DNA of 64,000 nucleotides. Origin: Phoronis australis. Its lineage: Eukaryota > Animalia > Phoronida. A program made the position numbers and the translations under genes. The notes below the pieces were generated by a model. It was not told the DNA's origin. It saw only the letters and a list, made by a program, of their open reading frames with translations, and did no database searches. Positions 26,542 through 37,645 of the stretch are shown piece after piece. How positions within the stretch are numbered: position 1 is the first letter of the stretch; each line of letters begins with the position of its first letter. The DNA is taken from the NCBI GenBank assembly GCA_002633005.1, contig NMRA01000031.1:210888-274887 (forward strand), given 5' to 3'.

Positions 26542-29367
26542 AGCGTCATGGCAGAGGTCAGGTTATGGCTGAGGTCAGATTTTGTTATTGTGGAAAGTCC
26601 TGTCATTCCAGGATTATTCACTTTTTCGTCTATCAGATATAATGTGTACTTGGATAATTTTTGTTATAGGGAATGTTCACATATTACGTCATCCAAATTG
26701 TGCCACTTTTTATACCTCCCCCCTCTGTCATTACAATATATAACCCCCCATCATAGGCAGTGATGGAGTGGGTCTGTAGTTTGTATACATGATTCATGTT
26801 TATAAGGTAAGCCTAGTGAAATGTGATCAAATCTTGTTAGTATGAAATAGTGGGTCCCGGTTTTGGAAGTCCACTTGAAAGTGATCCAGTTTCCTCAACA
26901 ATATGTACTGTGATGGAGATATTCTTATGAACCACATGATGACATCACCCTCCCTCCTGTCATCTTTTCTAAATGCCCTCTCACCCCTCGAGTGATGCCG
27001 TAACATGTGAATGCCCCCACATACGGATTACTGACATAATGCTGTTAAATGTGAGTTTCGAAGCTGTCTGATATTCATTAGGTTTTACTTGGTGTGTGCC
27101 GGATATTATCGTTTCATAGAACCATTTATCTATCAATATTAAACTGAGCTGTGGTGTTGCAGTTTGTTAGCCTTGATTGAAAGAATTTGAATATTCCTCG
27201 ATTGTGTAGCTATTTGTATTTTTAATGTGTTTTGCCCAGCTTCTGTTAAATTTTAATTATTCGGAAATGATTAACCAGTGTTACATATTTTGTTTTGGTG
27301 GATTGGAATGCTTGTTGTGCCTTGTGTATTGAGTTTATGACTGATTTACAGTGGTGTCATCTACACCTTGTGGAAAAAACATGACCATAATGCGTATTGC
27401 ATCTTTTTGTGTGTAATATTTTGGAGTTTTCTGATGTAAAGATAAGACGTCTGTGTGCTGCTATAATTCAACCAATGACGTCCTTGAACTGGTCTGAAAA
27501 GAGAATTACCAAATAGTTATGTGCATGTGAACTGAGTTCTGAGACATAACTATTGAGTGGTAGTATATTAGGCATGACAAGCTGTATGTTAACCAGATAA
27601 AGCTAACCAGTTACACCTAGAAGTTGTTCGGAGCAAAAATAACAAAACTTAATTGCATTTGTGAGCTATAAATGAATACTTGTCTCATTTGTAGTGTTTG
27701 GTGGTTCAAGTCTGTGACTAGCAAGGGTCATGAAGTGTAGATTCAACAATGTCATTGGTTTTTTGTTCAGGCCCAGTTGTGATTTCGGCTGTAACCAATT
27801 AGCATTTCTGCCTGCCTCTTGCTGATGTGGTCAAGGTTTAAAATAGAAAGGTCTCAATGCGCTGTACTTTCAGTAGACAGACTAATCTTCATAATTACTT
27901 TTCTTTTGTTTCCAATTTGTTTTAAGCAAACTGGAAATGTTTCGGGATTTCGCGAGTACATGTGCTTTTGCGGATGTTTTGAAATTGGTTATTATTGAAC
28001 TCGGTTGTTGATATATTATGTTGTTTACAATTAGTTGTTGGTGAGTTTGCTTTTATTTTTGTCTTCATTCATTTCTGGGTTTGGATTCATGACTTTCATA
28101 AAAATTTCTGCACCTTTGATTGTTAGCACCCTTATGTTATTTTGATTGTCTTTATTGTTACAGGGTGTACCAGCTTGGATACAACGATATAGAACATCTA
28201 CTCTCGAAATAATAATGCCTTGCTGTAGCGCAATTTAATTCCTTCATGCATCTACGTGGGACATTCATTTTTGAGCAAACATTGAGTTAAAGTGGATGAA
28301 AACACGTTTCAAACCTGTGTTCCATTAAAAACTGAGTTTTGATTCAGACAATTAGCTGCATTATTGTTCTTTATTGCTCGAGACCATGAATTGACCGGTC
28401 ATGACAAGCAGTCTTGTAGAGCCTGGGCAGAGTTCTGTAGGTTAAACTTTTTTGCGTGAAAAGCAAGACCTCCCAAAATCATGTAATAAGACATGTTAAA
28501 TAACATAGACACTCACACAGTTAAAAGGCAACAGTTTCTTGGGCGTGCTCTAGAGATTACTAGTCTGCCATAGTAAAGTGAAGGCCACGTACATGCTTGG
28601 TAGGTGAGGTTGTAATGTTGATTTACAGCATTGAATTCAGGTTTCCGTTCCAAAAGTGAGGATTTTTACTGAAAGTGCAAGCTAATGTCTTGCCTCTGTG
28701 CAACACTGCCTTGTTCCCAAGAACTAAGTCTTTTCAAACCCAGAAGTCGCCACTAATTTGACTAAGGTCTAAATCAAACCGATTGGTTTTCTGACGAAAG
28801 GCAAACGATATTTAACATGTGTCTAAGTAAATGATTAAAGAATATCGAGACAGGACATGAAGTTCATTGACGGGAAAGTCTGAACTTGTTGAGCTGTCCG
28901 ATTTTCAGTAAAACTTCAGTCAAAAGTTATCGCCAGCTGTGTAAAATACACGTGGGGGCTATCGGTGCTTGGTCTTAAGGCGAAAATCTGTTAATTTACT
29001 TTTAAAAATCTGCAAATCTTCTGTCCACAAGCACTGAAGTGCTGTTTTAGTTATACAGAGGTCTGCTATATGGCAAAATAGCTAGGCTGATGCACTGGTA
29101 GGCGAATTTCACATTGACTGGTAGCCATACAAGGAGGATGTTTTATTGCATTGAGTGTTGGTGCCAGTAATGGACACGAGGAATGGATTAAATTCTAGGG
29201 ACTGTGAGCTGATGAACTGGTTATTCTCAACTCGGACTCAAAATTTAACCTACCATGCAGCATGATTTGAATACAAATTTGTTTTATTTTCTCGATGTGT
29301 GCCATTGTTATATTCAGGTAGCCAAATTCTGAGTCGAGTTTTGAGTACAGAAATCCAGCGATAGAAA

Positions 29368-30048
29368 TTTCACAAAGCGACGTGAACGTGAACTAGCACG
29401 CATTTATATTACCGCGTCATACATGCCACGGTTGGCTGTGAGGAAATCCCCGTAGTCCTTGAGTTTGTTAAGCGATTCAATACAGGGAGATTCGCGTCGC
29501 TTTAAACGCGAAACCTGTGGCCCCTTTTTAATTCTTATTTGGTAAGACATCGAAAAGATTTTTTATTTTGATATGGTTCTCAATCCTTCTTCTTTGTTTC
29601 AGTACGAAATCAACACGATTCTTCTGTCTATAAGTGTTCTTAAAGTTTAGTTGCAAGAAAGCACTTTTTCCAAAAATCCTAATTCTGTCGGGGTTCCCGG
29701 TATATGCTCGAACTAGAATAGATTTTTAACAGATATAATTTTATGTTGTTAACTTTTTTACATGCTTAATTTACATGCATCTATTCATTTTAAACTGCAT
29801 ATAAATTTCACATTCTGAGAGCTGGCCATTTTTCGCGGGAGTTCGTAGAAACGACTTTTTTCACGTTCAGTATATATTTCTATCAAACGGATATGTACTA
29901 AGATAAATGGACAGCCTGAGCTCAGTCATTTAGTTCACGTTCGCGTAAAAACTTGGCTGTTGCGAAACCAATTTTTGTTACTGTAACGCGAATCGGCTCG
30001 GGGAATCAACGTTTGCGTCACAATTAACGTTCACGTCGCCTTGCGAAA
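29368..30048. mobile_element. MITE-like element with ~25-bp terminal inverted repeats
   Basis: TTTCACAAAGCGACGTGAACGTGAA (29368-29392) versus the reverse complement of 30024-30048, TTTCGCAAGGCGACGTGAACGTTAA (22/25); no coding capacity. Confidence 0.6.
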
Positions 30049-31230
30049 CCGCCTCTCTAATTGAGCTAAGTTAATTACTCGCGTGTTTAACGATACATGG
30101 CAGCTGTAATGCGTAATTTTTGTTGCGTTTTGTGTTGAAAAGTAAGGTGGATGGAGTGGGATGGGTGTCGAGTGACTAGGAGTGAATGTGTTGACTCGGT
30201 TGTTATTAGTTCCTTACTCATATACGTAATACTTTGTTTTGTGCTTGATATAATGTGCAAGAAATATAATCTGGTAAATAGTAGTCTCACGGTTGTTTTT
30301 TACGATTGCTTAAAGCCGTTGATTACGAGAGCAACCACAAAATACATGCCTAGTGTTCTCAAGCAAATGATAATACTGTGGCGTGTTGACTGAAAGCTTG
30401 CCGACGCGTATTTCCGGCAATATGTTCACTTTAAATGTATTGCGAAAATTAAAGATTGAAACGACACTTGTATTTGGAAAACAATTTCGTGGTTTTCACA
30501 AATCTACACGGACAGGGAGCCCAGTGAGCGTTATCTGAGATATTTCCAGGTAGCAGGCAACAGTCCTAATACTTTTTGGCACTGATAACGAAATTGGTGC
30601 CCGTTACGTGTAGGCGCAATGCATCCGTGAAAACGGAAGCCCTCGTAAGATATCGCTATCCGTTACAGGTAAAGCACTTGACCACATTACCTTAAAAGAA
30701 ATTCTGGGTGCTACTACGAACGCGACCCTGACTTCTGATCTTCACTCGCGGACACCGCTAACATTTCCAGCCATGGGTACACGACCTCTGCAGCACGACG
30801 GTGCAACCTTTACGCGACCTTAGTAGTATTTTAGAGGACAGTACACGCTTAAATTGAAGAACTCAAAAAATCGGGATGAACACGAAGAAGGCGAGGGCAT
30901 CTAACCTTCACTTCCACCGCTTTCTTGCCGTTGTCTGCCTCACTAGTTATCCATGCAGTTTCACAAGGCATTCAAGTACACAAAACAATGAATCCAGTAA
31001 TTCGATAAAGTAGATTCAAGTTTGCGTCCCAATATCCGCAAAACGTCGGCGAGGCTTAATGCACCCTGGGCGATAATCAGGACAAGACCGGTATATTATA
31101 AAATTTTTGTTGTACTCTTTTTGCCAACCACATCTCTCCTTATACTTCAGGCCAGGGGGGTTAAAATTGAGCCGTCTTACAAATGAATTCCCTCGAGTTG
31201 GTTACAGGTTTATCGTTGAATTTAGACCCC

Positions 31231-31240
31231 TATATAAAGG
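31231..31240 (+). promoter_or_regulatory. TATA-box candidate upstream of the NIDO/CBM14 gene
   Basis: TATATAAAGG followed about 33 nt later by Inr-like CCAGTT; about 880 bp upstream of ATG 32111. Motif match only. Confidence 0.25.
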
Positions 31241-32110
31241 GTGGTGTTACTTCTGAAACTTTCCCAGTTACTTCTTCCTGGAAGATCCCTGCGAATGGGT
31301 CTCATGTTTTCGAACACACGTTCTGTCCAAAAACGAGAGCTTTTTATTGAGACTTACCGTTATAAAATTGACCTCAATTTGTTCCTCACTCAGATGAGAA
31401 GCGATATCTGGGTTTGCGAAGAACTGTCATTTCGTTATTACCGAGTTGAAACCATGCTCTTTGTACAAAATGACACTGTGACAATCTGGGTTGTAGAGCG
31501 ACCTTAAGCAGTTATAACGAACTGTCAATTTTTCGAAACCCTTAAATCTTTCCTAATTTGACGAAATAATAGTTTGGGACTAAGTGGGCTAAATGAAAAT
31601 TTGGTTTTGGAGATACGAATTCATGTCGCCTTTACGGATGGTTATCCTAATTTTCCAGTGCACCCCCTACGACAGTCCAATAACGTCCCCGTATTAGTAG
31701 CAAGTTTTGTGTCATCGAGACAGTGCTGGTACGACTGTACTCCATTGCAGGTCCCCCCCAACGGTCGCAACCACAGTTTTTTTTTAGGTAACTGAGCGGC
31801 CTCTACACTGAGGCAACAGTTATACATCTCGAGATCGAAGCCTTGAATCTTGAAGTTCAATGATCTCTTTAACGTTATTTAATGCTTCCTATGGTTGTTC
31901 GCTCATGGGGTGGGTAATAACATACGTGGTCAAGAGCTACACGTACGCACAGGCGAGCTCCCATGACAATCATCCCTAGATCATTCAGAATAGTTGTTAA
32001 CATCAATTTTATATTGCTTAATGAACTTCGCGACTAACGTCAAAAGTGTGACGCAAAGGTCACATGCGTATCACGTTTTCAAACCTCCTTTATCAATTTG
32101 GCGCTTGCCA

Positions 32111-35100
32111 ATGGACGCAAGATGTGGTTCACGATGGTGCGGAAGGTGCATTTGCTTAAGAACAACTTTTTACTTTATTTGCGCAATTGCCTGCTTAAAT
32201 GGCTGGGCACAAGGCAGACACAGACGACCAAAATTCAAAGGTAAATGTTCTGAAATATAAACCAGCTAACAATTCTGCTCTGAAAGAAATATCTGATACA
32301 ATTTACAACTTGTTGAACCTTACCATAAAGGTTACAGTGTTTTCCAACAGATCAGGATGGGGATGTCCAGTCCATATACCATCAGCAGATTTTGCAAACC
32401 AGTGCTTCGTAATAACTCCTTTCTCCTCGTTCTCATCAGCCTCACCTTTTCTCTGCCCCGAGAAAATGCTCAGCTACTATCCGTGGGTCTCCATAAAGGA
32501 TATATAAAATTAGCAATCGACTCGAGATGGATTTCACTGGAGTACTCAACACGAGTTTGAAATTAAAAATTCCAGATACTAGCTGTAAACCCTAATATTG
32601 AAAACGTGTACAAAGAAATTACAGCCAACACGTTATGGGCTGCCATAAAACCACTTTACGTACGAAACCGAAATAATTAACTGGCGTCTAAACTCTGACA
32701 ATATTTACTTTTGTTCGTCTTTATTTCAGTTGAGGAGTATTGTCCGCGAAGAAAATCCCAGTCTAGATTATATCCCTTCGGCACGTGCGTTGGTGACGTT
32801 GCTATGGCACCGACAGATGATGGTTTCGAGCGCATGAAGCTGCCCACAGACATAACTGTATTTGGTAGTAGCGTGCAGGAAATTTTCGCAAGTACATTTT
32901 GTATTCATTTTTTAATTGAATTCTTACCATTTTCTTTGGTAAACGCATGCTAAATATCATGACTGGCCGATTTGACCTTGGCCGGGATATCGAGTTGTAG
33001 GCCTACACAGGCCAATAATGGCTAACTAACCTAGTTGGCCGGGATACTGAGCTGTAGGCCAAGACAGGCCCGTACAGAGTCTATATTGATTTCCAAATTG
33101 TCTGGAAGCAGTTATAACCGCGCGCCTTCAGGTGAAAAACTAATATTTGGTCTAGACCTCTAACCCGACCGACATAAACTGGTCTCAAATTCGTTCCTTG
33201 TTCAAATGAGGAGCGATTTCTGGACATGAGAAGAACCGACGATTCTTTTGTTCTCGAGGTCGTGTTCAGCATATAAAATGACCCGCCATGAAAATCCAGC
33301 TCATTAAGCTTGGTCTCAGTCAAGCAATAACGAACTGTCGGTTCTTTCCAAGCATAGAGTTTTTCCCAAGTCCGAGTCTGAATAAACATAGACAGATTCA
33401 GCGCCCATCCGCCCTACCCCCCCCAAAAAAAACGCTGATGCGCCCTCTCCCACCCCCTTATCCTACGACATCCTGTATCAACCAGCTTTACCATAGCAAG
33501 TGGTTTAAACCAGAACTTTGACGGTTTCGGGATTTATACAGGAGCTTAAAAAATTGCAGGAGGTACCACCGTTCCAGTTCTTTACGGCCAGTACTGTTTG
33601 CCACCTAACCACTGAAAAGGTTGCAATGACACCAATTATTTCAAATATATCGTGCTAAAAAAATCTCCGGGATGTACATGACAGTTGAAGTGGCAAATTA
33701 CAACCCTGGTTCGCAAAATGGTAACTAGAGAACGTGAAACCACAATATAACGAAGCCCAAACATGCAGAACAAGTGAATTTAACATTACTTTGAATCTTT
33801 CAGGTAAACAACAATGGAGTCATTAGCTTCGAATCAGGAGTGCAGTCATTCAAACCAAACACATTTCCACAAAGTCGACGTGTGATCGCCCCCTACTGGT
33901 CCGACATCGACACGCGCCTTGACACAGGAAAGGTTTTCTACAGAGTGGAGAAACCACAACTAAAAGTGAATAAATGTTTGAAGCAGCCATCATCCACAGA
34001 CAGTTTGCTGCGAGCGCAAAGAGCAGTCGAGGACGCCCTGCCGGGAATACTGAACTTCAGAGCGACGATCGTAGTCATAGTAACGTGGCACGAAGTAACG
34101 AGTCACAGGATGCTAACTGAGAAAAAAGCAAAAAAGGTTCGAGCAGTAGACCTATCGTATTCGTTTGACGCGGAACATATTCTAAAATTTTATTTCAAAA
34201 AATAAAAACTGTAGTGAACACACATATCAAGGTGATATTCACTGCTTCCTAAAATTTTCAATATTATAGGTCTAAAACTAAACTCTCCGTTGCATTTTCA
34301 GTTCGTTAAAATCTTCATGAAATGTATCCTGATGCAAACTTTTCCAAGACCTGGCAAAACTGAAGAAGCGACAAAAAGACAAAGTGTGTCGTAATAACAA
34401 ATCAAGCTTATTTATTTCCATTTCACTTTTTTACAGAATACACATGTTCTTCTAACAAGTATGAAGTTTTCCGTCCACAATTTTCCCATCGTGCCTTAGG
34501 AATGCTTTTCAGACATTCAGTTATACCAACACCACACACGGTAATTTGCTAAAAAAATCCTTCACTTTGTATTGCAGAAAACAATCAGAAATATTTTATC
34601 ATTTTCAGCGAAACACGTTCCAGTTAGTACTAGTATCGGACGGCTTGAGAACATACTCCTTCTTCATCTACGACAAGTTGCAATGGGGAACGTCTGTGCA
34701 GGTCTCCGCCAAATCGAACGGGGACTTGGAGGCGGTCATGGTAGGTGGTACACTTTCTCTACACTTCCCCTTAATGAAGTAACCAATTTGTAATCTTGCA
34801 CTTACGCCACTGTCAACTTCAAACTCCGGAAAAAGCAGGTCAGGGTAGTTGTTAACACACTCACAAAACCAAAAAGAAACACATTTTGCCCAAAAAACAA
34901 TTTAACTATTGCTCGCAAGAGGCCCGACACTATTTCCAAAATTGAGTCTTTAACAACAGTCAATTAATTTACGATCAGTTAAAATTGCTGCAACCAAGTT
35001 TAGCATATAAGGTGGCTGAAATTCAAATTAAACCGAATTGTAAAGTGTTATACATCAAAACGAATCATGATCTTAGTCAGGTAGAAAAATCCCCAACTCC

Positions 35101-36186
35101 ACCTGTGCTTGAGTGTGCTAACAATATTCGCGAACGATTTTAATCGGTGGCCCCAGAAAAGTCAGAAGCAATGTTAGTAAATCAAAGGTAAGTGACCTCA
35201 ACCTGTTTGAGGAAAATTCATAACTTAATGAGAACTCCATCGTAGTAACTAATCTAGTTACAATTCCAAACAATGCTCTCCAACTAACAATTCAAAACAA
35301 CGTGGGTGCAGACCCACTAAGGTTATTGTGGCGAAAAGATGATGACTTTGTAAAATCTCAAGTGACCTGAAAATCTTTCGGGAGATCGTAACCGCTTCCC
35401 CACAGCGACTCGTCATCGCCGCTGAAAAGCAGTCGAGAAGTTTTCAGAAATACGCATCAACCACTGAGGACTGAAAAACACAGAGTATTCTGTTTTGGGT
35501 AGGTAAAGATTGTTGTTTTACGTTTCAGATTGGGTTCGACAACGGAGACAAGAAGAACTGGTATATGGTGCCAAGCATGAATATGACGGAAGTATCCAAC
35601 TTGTACAGTCCCATGGGGACGTTCAAGGGATATTGGTTCAGCCAGTTTAATTTAGCAGGAAAATTAGGTAAGCCAGGATTTGATACAAATTATGGGCAAT
35701 TGTTTCAACATAAAACGAGGAAATACGAGGAGTTTCGCGAAAGCGCCTCAGTCCTAAGCATGTTTATTCTGGAAAAAGTAATTCTACTTAGTTCCTTAAA
35801 GTTTGAACCCATCATAGTGGTGTTATGTAAACACTTCGGCGCTATCACCCGGACCTATGAAGGAACTTTCACAAAGCAGATCCAGTGTGGTATTTACCAG
35901 TCCGCCAAAGGAATAACCGTTTACCATTATTTGACTGCACACCCACTTTGTAAACCCCATTTTATTTCCAGCCCCACTAATGAGGTGCCAACAACTGGGT
36001 TCCTGTTGCCTAGCCACGGGCCAGGTTTATGTTGCTAAGGACGCCTGCAGATCGTTTGAGGTAGCGGACTACCTGAACAGCGGTAACCCTGGGAAACACC
36101 ACTGTCCTCAGGGCCTCACATTCAATACCTCACCCCTCGTGTGCACATGTGATTACCCCAGCAACACACAATGTATGCTGACCTGA
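32111..36186 (+). CDS. Predicted secreted NIDO-domain protein with a C-terminal chitin-binding type-2 (CBM14/peritrophin-A)-like domain, about 368 aa
   Basis: Exons 32111-32240 (signal-peptide-like FYFICAIACLNGWAQG; least certain exon), 32730-32887 (LYPFG...DDG), 33804-34136 (VNNNGVISF...IAPYWSDIDTR...VFYR...VIVTW), 34609-34740 (NTFQLVLVSDGLRTYSFFIYDKLQWG), 35529-35667 (IGFDNGD), 35972-36186 (CPQGLTFNTSPLVCTCDYPSNTQC, TGA). Phases are consistent if intron 2 is GC-AG. Confidence 0.82.
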
Positions 36187-36614
36187 CAACATCGTTAGCT
36201 CTTGAAAGCCCAAGCTATGAAAACCCACTGTTTAGGAATGGCAGCAGTTGTTTGGGTTCCTTTTTAACACTGGGACAACTGCAACTCCACAGGATAACAT
36301 TAGGGACCCAGTGGTGTTCAATGATTGTTTCAACAGGAAGATTCACATGCACCACCAATGGGATTTACTGGAGGTTGTGACATCAGCTGATAGCCTTGTG
36401 TTATAAGTAATGAGGATACAGGTGCGTAAGTGGGGATTACTGATGATACATATTATAACAATGAGTATTCAAGTGGGGATCAGTGACTGTGTATATTATA
36501 AGCATTACTCTTGTAAATAACTTGTTCTAACTAATATTCTTATGAATATCATTGTCATCAACTTTGTAAGTCATAATTTTCACTTAATAACACAGATCTC
36601 TACTGAGTACCCTT

Positions 36615-36776
36615 CCAGGGGAAATGTCCCAGGGAAATATGGTTGATGGGGGAGATGTCCCAGGGAAATGTGGTTGATGGGAGGGATGTCCCAAGGGAAA
36701 TGGTTGATGGGGGGATGTCCCAAGGGAAATGGTTGATGTGGGGATGTCCCAGGGAAGTGGTTGATGGGGGGATGTT
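36615..36776 (+). repeat. G-rich ~30-bp minisatellite (GATGTCCCAGGGAAATGGTTGATGGGGG), about 5 copies
   Basis: Directly visible, between the convergent NIDO and SLC4 stop codons. Confidence 0.9.
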
Positions 36777-37645
36777 GCCAACTTGCTTTTGACTTGGCAA
36801 TGTCTTTTAATCCCCCGATGGTGTCTCAGAATTTCCGTTCTATAATTGGATATGGAAAACTAATATAGTTGTAAATAACTATATTCTATAATAGGATTTG
36901 CAGTAACATTAAAAAAGAACTTAATAGTAAAAAATTAAAATGACTCAAATGTATAACTCAACAAAGCACTACTGTGAATCACCATTTCATCATGTTCAAT
37001 TAGAACATTAATTCGTTAACAACAAACAATTCAGTCAAAATTACCAACAAATGATTCTCACCAAAATACAATATTCACGTATTCCCCTCATCTCGTAATT
37101 TGGCAACAACCAAAACAAATCCCAAAGAGAAGGCATAATCAATTGCTTGTATCAATGACTTGAAAACAGAACAATAACAAGCCAGCGGTCCAATGGACAT
37201 CATAATGGACTATGGTGAAAAGTCTTCAATTTGGGACAAAAATGATAGCTACAATACAAAATTGCCATTTTCCATTTTCCAAAGGCTTACTACATTGCTA
37301 AAAATGCCAAATGCTCTTTGATGAAAACTCCGCACACTTCATGTTAACCAGAGATTAAAATTTCCTAAAAACTTATTTGTTCAGATATTTGACAAAATGA
37401 AATTTCACTTGTTCACCACTTGTGACCCAAACTGAAGAATTTCCACCATAATGCACTTGTGAGGTCACAACTGTTTGCTGGCAATTAACACACACACACA
37501 GCACCACCAGCTTGCATTCCCCATGAAATATATATAACAAATTTACAGTGCAATTCACGCAGATTCCATCAAACAGACAACAAGGATACAAAGTGATGAG
37601 TTAAATGAAGTTCTACGCAGATGCAGACACTACCACCATTGTGTT

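Noticed and set aside
32357-32485. Alternative first exon MGMSSPY...LLVLISLTFS for the NIDO gene
   Set aside because: Its better donor (TCC|gtgggt) is phase 0 whereas exon 2 needs phase 1; 32111-32240 has a stronger phase-1 donor (AAAG|gtaaat).
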